In this document: piece by piece, positions 52,066 through 62,206 of the stretch
Position numbering within the stretch: position 1 is the stretch's first letter
Layout of the letters: every line of letters starts with the position of its first letter
Origin: Epithemia pelagica
Taxonomy: Eukaryota; Protista; Bacillariophyta
NCBI GenBank assembly: GCA_946965045.2
Contig: OX337229.1
Coordinates: forward strand, 1,116,001 to 1,180,000
Length of the DNA: 64,000 nt
Direction of reading: 5' to 3'
Program-made: the position numbers and the translations under genes
Notes under the pieces: model-generated
Databases searched by the model: none
Seen by the model: only the letters and a program-made list of their open reading frames with translations
Told to the model about the DNA's origin: nothing

Positions 52066-54417
52066 ATGCAGCAAACAAACTTGAATTCATTCGACCCATA
52101 CGGCTCATCGAAAGGCACCGCCGTGGAACAAGTCGCACTTCTTGATACGGCCCAGGATGTTTTTCATGCCGAATCCGATCATGTTCTTGAAATGGAAGAA
52201 GAAGATTCTGTTTCCGTATCCGAAAAGCAGAGTAGTGGCTCCCGGTCACCATATGATCCTGTTGCAACGAGTTCAGGGCTGCTCTTGACCCATCGCCGGA
52301 CCTCACCGGCTACATCCAATCCTACTTTGTTCGACTACGAAATAGAACTTGATGAAAAGAAGAAGGGGCGACCTTCTCATTCTCCAACACTGCCTCGTAC
52401 CCATCTTCATCGAGAACGCTTCGAGGTGGAATACCCATGGACCACGGGCAATTCAGACTCGGTTCTATCACATATTCAAAAGCTCTTCTCCTACACGAGA
52501 GTATGGGTTGTTTTGTCTTCGCTTGTCTTGATCCTTGGAACTGCGATTCTGTTTCATCACGCACGAGAACAGAACGAAGAGGAAGCAAGTGCCCTTCAGA
52601 AGGATAGAAGCGCTTCTTCAAGTAGCAATGTAGCCATCCTGGACAAAACACCACAAAACAGCATTCGGGTCGTACAGCTTGAGGAGATGAGTCCACCCAA
52701 CAATATTGTGCCAGCAGCCGACATAGCTCCTGATCAAATTGTCTTTTTGCCTCTGGATATCTCTAAGTTAAACAGAGAATCACCACTTCACAGACGTTTG
52801 TACCAGGGTTGGCAGCGAAAATTAAACGCTCTGCGTTCTGAGTTTGATTCCTGGATAGAGAAGCATGACAAACGATACAATTCACGTGAAGAACGCGAGT
52901 ACAGGTTCAATATTTGGCAAGACAATCACCACCGTATCATGGAGAAAAATGAACGTCATGGACCGTGTAGAATGACAAACCAAAAGGTTTTTGGTTCAAA
53001 CCATTTTCAGGACTTGACCAAAGGAGAGTTTGAGAACCATTTTCTGAATGCAAAACATATCCCCGTGTCACGAAAGCTTCAAGAGCGGAAACTTTCATCA
53101 GGGACAATGGGACCTCACATTACCCCCATTCGTCACCCTGAAGTGCACCAGCGGTACCGTAAGATGGTTGGGCAACAAGAACAGAAGTCTTCAAAACGAG
53201 GAAAAGAAGAATTTAACTGTCACTGGCTGGATATATCTTGTTGTGTTCGTTGGTTCGTCAGAAGGTACTTCTATGGCTTCTATGGCATTGGAACAACGCT
53301 TGAACCTGCATATGACAGCGATACATATCCAAAAGTAAGTTCAACACTCCCCAAGACCCTTGTGCGCGTGTCGAACATGTCTAATTTGTGGTTTTGGTGT
53401 AGGCCGTTGACTGGAGAGATCTGGGTGCTGTTACAAATGTTCGATCACAGGATAACTGTGGTGCTTGTTGGGCCATTACTGCAGTGGAGTGTGTTGAATC
53501 AGCGAACTTTATCACTTACGGTACACTGTACGATCTCTCCGAGTATGAGCTAATCCTTTGTGTTGAGAATAGTGAGAAATGCTACGGTGGGTGGCCTGAA
53601 GATGCCTTCGACTACATTATAGAGCACGGTGGCGTGGCACTGGAGTCAGATCTTCCGTACGACGGAGACTTTCTTCTTTCCATGACAATGGCAGAAGCTG
53701 GCGAAAGTTCGGAAATGAGGTATGTACCCTCTCTCGCACGTGAGGCGTGAACTCTGATCGTTTTCTCATGCTTATCATGCCCATTGCAGTGCGGAGGATG
53801 TTGACGATTACGTCTCAAGTATTTGTCCAGCGAATTCTCATGACAGTCGTGACAACAACAATGGGAACAGCAATTCTCTATCTCGCTACGGTAAAATTGA
53901 TGGATATGGATACGCTACTGACAAATGTGTCTGCTATACGGACGGTAGTGGATGTGACTGTGATACGCAAAACGAGGGACTTGCTGTTGCAAATCTTGCT
54001 ACGTATGGACCTGCAGTTGTTTGCGTTGATGCCAGCGAGTGGAAAGATTACGCAGGAGGTATCATTACGGCGTCAAGTGGATGTAGTAGTGCATTCTTGG
54101 ATGTCAACCATTGCGTACAAGGTAAGTGGTGTGTCAAGACAAGTTTCATCACGACGAGATTCCGTGATAACTTACTCGTGCTATTTTCAGCTGTGGGGTA
54201 TGCATTCTACGATGATGACGAAGATGAAAATGGCAATAGTAGAAGTGGAAGCGGCAGTGGTAGTGGTAGTCAAGACAATGCGCACAGAGTTGGCTATTGG
54301 ATTGTCAGAAACCAGTGGTCTGAATATTGGGGCATGTCCGGATACGGTTATGTTGCGATGGGTGATAACACATGCGGTATTTTGAATGACATGATGCAAG
54401 CATATACCCAGCACTAA
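52066..54417 (+). CDS. Papain-family (C1A) cysteine protease with N-terminal membrane anchor and I29 prodomain (multi-exon)
   Basis: TM WVVLSSLVLILGTAILF; I29 (FDSWIEKHDKRY..EREYRFNIW..N; NHFQDLTKGEF); spliced VDWR...QDNCGACWA; VNHCV; WIVRNQWSEYWG. Confidence 0.92.
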
Positions 54418-55437
54418 AGCATCATGTCCACAAGAGACGCGTACTTGAATGCAGAAACTGCAGGTACCTAGTCAATCCAGGTTTATAAGAAAGACACCAA
54501 CAGAGATGAATGTTACGTGTGTTTAATGCTCACGTCCCCGTGGCCAACAAGCCATGACTATGACTATGGTTCATAACGCGTGTCGAGCGTAATTCGCTCA
54601 TTGTTGACAAGCTTTTGCTCCCCCAAACATTAATACCTTTGTTTAAATTACTGTAATGCGTCAGCTCTTTCCTTTTGGGCTTTTGTTGTCGTACTCGTCC
54701 AGATGCTGTAGGGTTGCTTACTTCTCGAGCATTCTTTTCGAAAACTTGCGATATCGTACTTGTCAACGACCAGCCGCAATCGCTTTGCAACAAATCCTTC
54801 CATGCCTGCTTTCGCTGACTGATACCATGGTCCAGTTACTGTATCCACCGGATCACCGACATCTGTCCAAGGACGAAGATCCATCCCTGGTTTATTGTTA
54901 TTTTCCTTGTATCCAAGAATTGGTTGATTGTAAAGTCATTCCATACGTCGCGTCTCGAGGATCACAATTTCTTTATTGTTCTGTTTTTCTCCACCTTCAC
55001 TTCACCATGTTGCAACGTTCTGTTCACATGAGATCATTGGTGTATGACGTGTGAGATGAATGGCACTGAATCCTGCATAGTGAGCGAATTCAACATGACG
55101 TGCCCAAAACATATTCTTCTGGGTATCATCTCCCGCCGAACCTACTTTGGTCGCTTATTGGCCAATGTGGGCTTTGCTGGTTGCTGGCCACTCGTCGAGA
55201 AGGATATCATGGTTGCACACCTCTGGAAAGTGGAGGGTGACAAATGTTCGGAGCTAGTGTGAATTCAATGAACTGTTGTCCTTTTCGGTGGTGGCCCTAC
55301 AACGCACTACGGTCCATCTGGATGATGCTCGGGAACAGTTTAAACGGTCAGGACGGCTTCCCACCATGGTCTTCGAACGTTTTTCCGGCGTCATTTTTTA
55401 GTGAAGTTCTCTCTCTAGTGTCTAGTCTACCGGTCTC

Positions 55438-55512
55438 TGTCCTCATATGAGGACATCATGTCCAAGATATTAAAGCCTGGCAACCTTTACCAAGATATTA
55501 AAGCCTGACAAC
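55438..55512. repeat. 18-bp palindrome plus 23-bp tandem duplication left of the retrotransposon
   Basis: TGTCCTCATATGAGGACA at 55438-55455; ccaagatattaaagcctg(g/a)caac at 55462 and 55490 (period 28). Confidence 0.85.
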
Positions 55513-55556
55513 TGGTACTATGACCAAACTAAACCTGAGGAAAACGATGGTGTCAT

Positions 55557-55778
55557 TGTTGAGACAAGATAGCACGCCCAAGGAAACACAGGACCAAACC
55601 GCGACTCCCAAGAGAGTACAGTGGATGACGAACCCAAAGGAAGCCGAATGGCAAGTGGTGCAACCACGTAAGAGGTACAGTCATTCCAAACCTGAGGAGG
55701 CGCCATTCTTTTTAAAATAGAAGTAAATTGGTTTCCTTTTGTTGCCTGTACAGCACGATTGGTTGACTGGTTTCAACA
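55557..55778 (+). repeat. 5' LTR (222 bp)
   Basis: Identical to the 3' LTR except that it lacks aacaaaacgct and one A of the A-run. Confidence 0.95.
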
Positions 55779-55792
55779 TATTTTAAAAAGAA
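55779..55792 (+). promoter_or_regulatory. Non-tRNA primer-binding-site candidate complementary to LTR 55706-55719
   Basis: TATTTTAAAAAGAA directly abuts the LTR-terminal CA and is the exact reverse complement of TTCTTTTTAAAATA; no TGG-type tRNA PBS is present. Confidence 0.7.
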
Positions 55793-55826
55793 AATAACAC
55801 TGTTGTTCACCTCAAAGCCTGAGTGC

Positions 55827-56486
55827 ATGTCGGATCGAAATCAAAACTCCCTACCTACTGACGAAACGCCTGTATTATTGTTAATCCGTGAGTTCGTGCG
55901 GTTGAACCTTCAACACGAAGGGCAAGCCAGCCGACTCAACGAAGATCACGAAACCAGACTCAGAGCTATTGATCGGCAGTATTGGGCCGATACAGCAGAA
56001 CTGGAGCAGCGATATCGACGAGCACAAGGTGAAGAACACGAGCGACATCAACAGGCCCTCCAAGAACACCGTAACCAACGAGAAGCCGATCGCGATAGGG
56101 TATATCGGATTGCACAAGAGGCAGAAGAAACACAAGCACAGGGCAAAGAGAACCCTCAAGTTGTGGAATTGGAAACGGTTGAAGAACCTCAAGTTGTGAT
56201 CGAAGACCCACGAAATCTCGAGATAGTGAACGAACCAAGAGCCATACAAGTGCAAGCCCGAGCCGTTGAGAATCAACAAGGCATTATCTTTCCACCTATT
56301 GGAGCACGAGTCCGAGTGGAAACCCCTGTCCATCTCGCGCGCCATCGACACCCTTTGCATAACGCAACAGGAACAGTGCTTAGACACACTGATACCTACA
56401 CGTGGATCCAAGTCTGGAACCCTATCACCAGACGCAACGAAGAATTTAAGCGAAAGCCCGTCAATCTCATCATCCTACAAGAATGA
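55827..56486 (+). CDS. Extra retrotransposon ORF upstream of gag-pol (coiled coil + KOW/SH3-like C-terminus)
   Basis: 219-aa intact ORF inside the LTRs; E/Q/R-rich helix, then IGARVRV...TGTVLRHT...WIQV...KRKPVNL; its TGA overlaps the gag ATG (ATGA 56483-56486). Confidence 0.8.
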   Translation: MSDRNQNSLPTDETPVLLLIREFVRLNLQHEGQASRLNEDHETRLRAIDRQYWADTAELEQRYRRAQGEEHERHQQALQEHRNQREADRDRVYRIAQEAEETQAQGKENPQVVELETVEEPQVVIEDPRNLEIVNEPRAIQVQARAVENQQGIIFPPIGARVRVETPVHLARHRHPLHNATGTVLRHTDTYTWIQVWNPITRRNEEFKRKPVNLIILQE

Positions 56487-59400
56487 GTCAGCCACCAGAC
56501 AATGTTGATTCCGGTGGTGGCAGAGGAGGACGAGGCAATAACCGTGGTCGAGGTCGTGGGGGACGTGGAGGTAGAAACAACAATGGCCAAAGCAAGTTTG
56601 AAGGTCAGGAACCCTTGTTAAAGGGATGTGTGTTTGATTATACACAAGACGCCCAAGCCAAAAAATACATTCGGAACGTGGAACTGCTGATTGGATATAT
56701 CGGCATCAAGTTCCCGAAGTACAACATGGACTTCCAGCGTGCCGTTGAAAATCTATCTTTGCCTACACCTCCTCGTCCACCACGTCCATCGGACACTGCT
56801 AGTCCTATTGAAATAAAAGAATGGGAATTTCAGTACAAAGCAATTGACGAGAAGCGCGTGGCTACTGAAGGATTCCGCTCATCACTCTATAGTGTCCTTC
56901 TTGGTCAGTCAACGGACCTAATGAAGGATAAGCTCAAGGCCCATAGTTCCTTCCCCTCTATACAAGCTCATCGAGACGGCATCGAGTTGTTGAAGTTGAT
57001 CAAGGCTACTACGTTTACGTTCGATAGCGACAGGGTCTACACTGGAATGGCCATGGACAAGATCCGTGCCGACTTCTATGGGATGAAACGACACCCCGGA
57101 CAGTCTGTCCATAGTTTCTATGAGGCATTTCGGGCGAAGGTCAAGGTAATCAATGAGGTAGGAATTCTTCTCTTCGATCAAGCATATGTCCAAGAAATTG
57201 CCGCAAAGAATGGCCGACCAGGTGCACCGTCTATGGCTGACAACGAGGAAGCGCAGGATCGCATGATAGCGAATCGATTTATTCGTGCTTGCGGCCAAAA
57301 AGACTACGAAGTGCATCTACACAACAACTTTTTGGATGGGCACATCATCTACCCATCAAATCTCGCTGATGCCCGTGCTATTATCGATGCACGCATGGGG
57401 CGTCGTGAGCTCAACAGTAACAACAACAATAACCAGAATGGATCAAACGGTGGCTCTCAAGCGCAAGGCTCAGACAATACAGGTCTTGCATATCCAACTG
57501 CAGGCGAAACAGCCAACGAGTCACAGAATAGTGATACCAACCGAGGTTTGAACCCCGATGATTGTTGTGTATCTGAAACTGCCTCAGACTCACTTTGTCT
57601 TTCTATTGCCACGCTTTCACAGACTAACATTCCACCAACATGGGTCCTCCTGGATAACCAGGCCACCATTCACATCTTTTCCAACACATCATTACTCGTC
57701 AGTCCACCAAAGCCTAGCCAAGAAACCATGAGAATCAAGGGGCATGGTGGAACAATTACCACATCACAAACAGCCCAAGTCCGAGATTATGGAGCCGTAT
57801 GGTTCTATGAGAGCGGCTGGGTCAACATACTATCATTCCATCAAGTAAAGAAACAGTACAGCATCTCATACCATGCCAACAACGATGAATTTCATGTTCG
57901 ATCCCGCACAGGCGCAACCATTGACATATTCCGCGCAAGTCCCCAAGGTCTCTATTACTCTGATTGGTCCTCCCGATCTGCCGCAACTGAATTTGGACTG
58001 GTCACTACGATAGCTACAAATAAAGCTAAGTACACAGCAAATGACGTCGCTAGAGCACAAGGAGTTAGATCATTGCAGATTAAAATAGGTCGACCAAGTG
58101 ACAGAGAATTCTGCTCAATCCTGGACAAGCGGTTGCTACCCAATTGTCCTTTCACTAGCAAGGATGTCAAATTAGCCGCAAAGATGCTGGGACCCGACAT
58201 AGGTACCTTGAAAGGCAAGACGGTTCGAAAGCGTCCCATGCAAGTTGACGCTTCTCTCATGATCGATGTCCCAATCCCAAAGAAATATCACGATGTTGTC
58301 CTTTGCATGGACGTACTTCATGTCAACGGGATCCCATTCCTAGCGACGATCTCTTGCTTCATCAAGTTCGGGACTATTACCGCATTGAAGGCACTCAACG
58401 GACCAACACTTTTCACGGCAATCAAACAAGTAGCATCGATCTATCGTCGTGGCAACTTGCGCCCTCGAATTCTTCTCGCCGACGGGGCATTTGACAATGA
58501 ACCCATGAATGAATTTCTCCATGGGATTGGTATGAGCCTGAACCCGACATCCCGAGATGAACATGTCGGCGACATCGAACGGTACATTCGCACCATAAAG
58601 GAAAGAATGAGGTGCATGTACAATACGCTCCCATTTAAACACATGCCAAAAGTGTTGGTGATTGAAATGGCAAAAGCCGCCGTATATTGGCTGAACGCCT
58701 TCCCAGCTGTCAATGGAATATCGGACGAGCAGAGCCCAAAGACCCTCGTCACCGGCCAACAGCTGGATTATAACCGTCACTGCAAGTATGAGTTTGGACA
58801 ATATGTCCAGACCCATGAGCCACACGACAATTCCATGGAGCCAAGAACCCAAGGAGCACTGGCCCTTCGCCCAACTGGCAACCAACAGGGTGGCCATTAT
58901 TTCTTGAACTTGTTATCCGGTCGTGTCATCAATCGGAACCATGCCACGATTGTTCCTATGCCTGATATTGCCCTCCAGCGAGTGCACCAATTGGCTGTCG
59001 CCCAGGAAGCATATCCGAATCTTGCTTTTGGGGATAGGGATAACCGCATCTTGGCTTTGGAATACGATGATTTTGATGAAGGAAAGGATGACGATTATGA
59101 GTATGATGTGGACGACGAGGATGATGTATTGAGGTATGATGAAGATATCGTCGATAATGAGTTGGCGACGGTGAATGAGGACCCGGTGGAGGAGTTGGTC
59201 ATGGAGGAAGTGGCAGCGATGGGAAATGAGAACGACTACGATCTTAATGATCAAGCGATAGGAGAGGATCAGGGGTTGGATGGTCCCGAGGTAGGAGAGG
59301 ATCAGGAGTTGGATGGTCCCGAGGATGGAGATAACGTGGGCCTTGGTTTGGATCTTAATGGTCCAGTGGACGGAGTCGTAGAAGGAGGTGGAAACGATGA

Positions 59401-61561
59401 TGGAGTACAGGAAGGAATCGACATTGATGCTCATGAGGAACAACTACATGCTGACTATGTGGAGCAGGCTGTTGCAGATCAAGAACTAATCGAGGAAAAT
59501 CAAGGAGTGGAGGCAAATCAAGGAGTGGAACCCGTGCCAAATCAAGGAGTGGGCCCACAACCCGAGCAACCACCCATGCAACAACCCAACATCCATGGTG
59601 TTGGTGGTGGAATTGTTGGCGGCGGCGGTGATGCTGTGGCAGCACCCATTCATCCTAGATATAATCTACGGACGAATCGAGAACGGAACTATGCCCATCG
59701 ATACAACAATGACATTTATGTTACTGCCGAAGTGGCACAAGACGTGTCAACGCCCCAAATGGGGATGAAACAAGGAGTGCGATTGTTTGGTGATGCAGGC
59801 GTGGCCGCGGTGAAAAAGGAAGTCCTGCAGCTGCATGACCGAGAAGTAATGCGAGCCATCATGAAAAGCTCATTGACCAAACAACAAATCCGACAAGCGC
59901 TTGGATACTTGATGTTCTTGAAGAGAAAAAGAACCGGCAAAATTAAAGGACGAGGCTGCGCAGATGGCCGTAAACAACGCGAATACATAAACAAAGAAGA
60001 TGCATCTTCCCCCACAGTCGCAACAGAGGCCGTCTTCCTAAGTGCAATCATTGATGCAATGGAACGAAGGGCAGTGGCAGTAGTGGATATTCCAGGGGCC
60101 TTTATGCAGGCCATGATGGACCCTGGAGTGCACATGAGGATCACCGGGCTCATGGTTGAATTGTTGCTTGAAATTGATGAGAAAATGTACCGACCATTCG
60201 TTGTGGTCGAGAAAGGCAAACCCGTCATTTACGTTGAATTGCTTCGTGCCCTGTACGGCACCCTGCGAGCGGCAAGACTGTTTTGGGAAAAGTTAACTGC
60301 CGTCATCAAGGAATGGGGTTTCATTGTGAACCCATATGACAGTTGTGTTGCTAACAAAACAATCAATGGGACGCAATGCACCATCACATGGCACATTGAC
60401 GACCTCAAAATATCACACAAAGAAGAAAGCGTGGTCAGCAGCATCATAGAACAAATTCAAGCCACATTCGGTCAACAAGGGGAACTTTCGATCTCAAGAG
60501 GGAAACGCCATGACTATTTGGGCATGTACCTTGATTATAGTGAACCAGGGCAGTTGATTGTTGACATGAGGACCGCCATACAGAGTATCATCGATGATGT
60601 ACCAAAGGAGTTCAAAGGGGTGGCACAAACCCCAGCAGCCTCCCATCTTTTCCATCTGCAAGATGGAGCCGAGCAGTTGGATAGCGACCAAGCAGACCAG
60701 TTTCACAGTTTCACCATGAGGCTGATGTATATTGCCCAACGTGGGCGACCTGACATCCGAGCGGCCGTGGCTTTCCTTAGTACACGAGTGAAAGAACCAA
60801 CCAAGGATGATTGGCGTAAGTTGTCGCGTGTGATGAAATACCTCCAAACAACACCCGACTTGCTTCTTCGGTTAAATTGTGACGGGACCGGGATTCTTCG
60901 CTGGTGGGTGGACGCATCCTACGCCGTCCATCCTAATATGCGTGGGCATACCGGGGGCGTAATGATGATGGGAAAAGGAGCTGCTATGAGCATCTCATCA
61001 AAACAGAAGCTGGTAGCTCGTAGTTCCACCGAGAGCGAGCTGATCGGTGTCCATGATGCCATGCCAAATATGCTCTGGTGTCGGCAATTCCTGATCGCAC
61101 AAGGTTATCAAGTCAAGGAGATGAAATTATTCCAAGATAACATGAGTGCAATGCTGTTGGAGAAGAACGGACGAGCCTCCAGCAGCAAACGTACCAAACA
61201 TATCGACATTCGATATTTCTTCATTAAAGATCGAGTCGATAACAAGGAACTGACGATCGAACATTGTCCCACGGAAGAAATGATCGCCGATTTCCATACG
61301 AAACCGCTTCAAGGTAACTTGTTCTACAAGTTCTGTGATCTTATCATGAATATCCCGAGCACTGATATCTATCATTCCTCGCGAAGGAGTGTGTTGAGAC
61401 AAGATAGCACGCCCAAGGAAACACAGGACCAAACCGCGACTCCCAAGAGAGTACAGTGGATGACGAACCCAAAGGAAGCCGAATGGCAAGTGGTGCAACC
61501 ACGTAAGAGGTACAGTCATTCCAAACCTGAGGAGGCGCAACAAAACGCTCATTCTTTTTAA
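56483..61561 (+). CDS. Gag-Pol polyprotein (1692 aa, uninterrupted)
   Basis: Protease WVLLDNQATIHIF; integrase core DVLHV/DGAF/EHVGDIERYIRTIKER; RT KIKGRGCADG, DIPGAFMQ, ALYG, WHIDDLK; RNase H WVDASYAVH, SSTESEL, KHIDIRYFFIKD; ORF reads into the 3' LTR. Confidence 0.97.
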   Translation: MSQPPDNVDSGGGRGGRGNNRGRGRGGRGGRNNNGQSKFEGQEPLLKGCVFDYTQDAQAKKYIRNVELLIGYIGIKFPKYNMDFQRAVENLSLPTPPRPPRPSDTASPIEIKEWEFQYKAIDEKRVATEGFRSSLYSVLLGQSTDLMKDKLKAHSSFPSIQAHRDGIELLKLIKATTFTFDSDRVYTGMAMDKIRADFYGMKRHPGQSVHSFYEAFRAKVKVINEVGILLFDQAYVQEIAAKNGRPGAPSMADNEEAQDRMIANRFIRACGQKDYEVHLHNNFLDGHIIYPSNLADARAIIDARMGRRELNSNNNNNQNGSNGGSQAQGSDNTGLAYPTAGETANESQNSDTNRGLNPDDCCVSETASDSLCLSIATLSQTNIPPTWVLLDNQATIHIFSNTSLLVSPPKPSQETMRIKGHGGTITTSQTAQVRDYGAVWFYESGWVNILSFHQVKKQYSISYHANNDEFHVRSRTGATIDIFRASPQGLYYSDWSSRSAATEFGLVTTIATNKAKYTANDVARAQGVRSLQIKIGRPSDREFCSILDKRLLPNCPFTSKDVKLAAKMLGPDIGTLKGKTVRKRPMQVDASLMIDVPIPKKYHDVVLCMDVLHVNGIPFLATISCFIKFGTITALKALNGPTLFTAIKQVASIYRRGNLRPRILLADGAFDNEPMNEFLHGIGMSLNPTSRDEHVGDIERYIRTIKERMRCMYNTLPFKHMPKVLVIEMAKAAVYWLNAFPAVNGISDEQSPKTLVTGQQLDYNRHCKYEFGQYVQTHEPHDNSMEPRTQGALALRPTGNQQGGHYFLNLLSGRVINRNHATIVPMPDIALQRVHQLAVAQEAYPNLAFGDRDNRILALEYDDFDEGKDDDYEYDVDDEDDVLRYDEDIVDNELATVNEDPVEELVMEEVAAMGNENDYDLNDQAIGEDQGLDGPEVGEDQELDGPEDGDNVGLGLDLNGPVDGVVEGGGNDDGVQEGIDIDAHEEQLHADYVEQAVADQELIEENQGVEANQGVEPVPNQGVGPQPEQPPMQQPNIHGVGGGIVGGGGDAVAAPIHPRYNLRTNRERNYAHRYNNDIYVTAEVAQDVSTPQMGMKQGVRLFGDAGVAAVKKEVLQLHDREVMRAIMKSSLTKQQIRQALGYLMFLKRKRTGKIKGRGCADGRKQREYINKEDASSPTVATEAVFLSAIIDAMERRAVAVVDIPGAFMQAMMDPGVHMRITGLMVELLLEIDEKMYRPFVVVEKGKPVIYVELLRALYGTLRAARLFWEKLTAVIKEWGFIVNPYDSCVANKTINGTQCTITWHIDDLKISHKEESVVSSIIEQIQATFGQQGELSISRGKRHDYLGMYLDYSEPGQLIVDMRTAIQSIIDDVPKEFKGVAQTPAASHLFHLQDGAEQLDSDQADQFHSFTMRLMYIAQRGRPDIRAAVAFLSTRVKEPTKDDWRKLSRVMKYLQTTPDLLLRLNCDGTGILRWWVDASYAVHPNMRGHTGGVMMMGKGAAMSISSKQKLVARSSTESELIGVHDAMPNMLWCRQFLIAQGYQVKEMKLFQDNMSAMLLEKNGRASSSKRTKHIDIRYFFIKDRVDNKELTIEHCPTEEMIADFHTKPLQGNLFYKFCDLIMNIPSTDIYHSSRRSVLRQDSTPKETQDQTATPKRVQWMTNPKEAEWQVVQPRKRYSHSKPEEAQQNAHSF

Positions 61562-61625
61562 AAATAGAAGTAAATTGGTTTCCTTTTGTTGCCTGTACAG
61601 CACGATTGGTTGACTGGTTTCAACA
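61392..61625 (+). repeat. 3' LTR (234 bp)
   Basis: TGTTGAGAC...TTTCAACA; 12 nt longer than the 5' LTR. Confidence 0.95.
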
Positions 61626-61670
61626 GCCATCCATTTTTCTCTATGCTGCAAAGAATACCATGAACTAATG

Positions 61671-61706
61671 TGTCCTCATATGAGGATATATCCTCATATG
61701 AGGACA
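61671..61706. repeat. Tandem pair of TCCTCATATGAGGA palindromes right of the retrotransposon
   Basis: tgtcctcatatgaggata (61671-61688) and tcctcatatgaggaca (61691-61706), the same motif as at 55438. Confidence 0.85.
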
Positions 61707-62206
61707 ATGGTAGACAAGACACTAGCGTTCGGAAGCATGAGGAATAGACACTACCTATCGTTACTTCACGGACATGGGCATTATCGGCTTGACTACTACT
61801 CGTACGTAGATGAAAGCAAAACGCATACGAGGATTATCACCCTCAGTATACACTACACAAAAAGAGCACGAGTCTACTTAGCAATAATTATCGTAGAATA
61901 GTTGGAAGCGTCGCATATCGCATACGAGTAGTTGGATTGCGAAAAGCACGGGTCTACTTAAAAAACGGAATCTTAAGACTTAAGATACTCGTAGATAGAA
62001 GTAGAAGTAGTGTAGTCTAATGTATATGGATTATTGTAAAAAGCGATCTTAGATCTTAGCATCGTATCGTGGCCTAAAAGTAGTGTAGTCGTATGCTTTA
62101 CCTATTATTGTACAAGTACTCTCCTTTTGGTCTTGATGAGTCCACCTAAACAGCAGGGTCATTTTTTGCCCCCGTCGGCACCGCCAACCATCTCTCTCCT
62201 GGAAGC

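Larger units (their letters stand above)
55557..61625 (+). mobile_element. Apparently intact Ty1/copia LTR retrotransposon, CoDi-like
   Basis: TGTTGA...TCAACA LTRs at both ends; near-perfect 5-bp TSD GTCAT/GCCAT; domain order Gag-PR-IN-RT-RH in one ORF; purine tract GAAGGAGTG before the 3' LTR. Confidence 0.97.

Noticed and set aside
54530-55450. Short ORFs between the protease and the LTR
   Set aside because: No recognisable domains; could be a decayed repeat but this is unsupported.
55520-55720. 66-aa ORF identical to the Pol C-terminus, suggesting gene duplication or a CRISPR-like repeat
   Set aside because: It is simply the 5' LTR read in the same frame as the Pol tail in the 3' LTR; no spacer array exists.
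56400-56486. Calicivirus-type TURBS (UGGGA) upstream of the AUGA junction
   Set aside because: Only tggat/tggaa are present; no exact motif, so this specific mechanism is not claimed.
59259-59555. 33-bp tandem duplication and NQGV repeats within pol
   Set aside because: In-frame low-complexity repeats in the IN-RT linker, ordinary for copia polyproteins.
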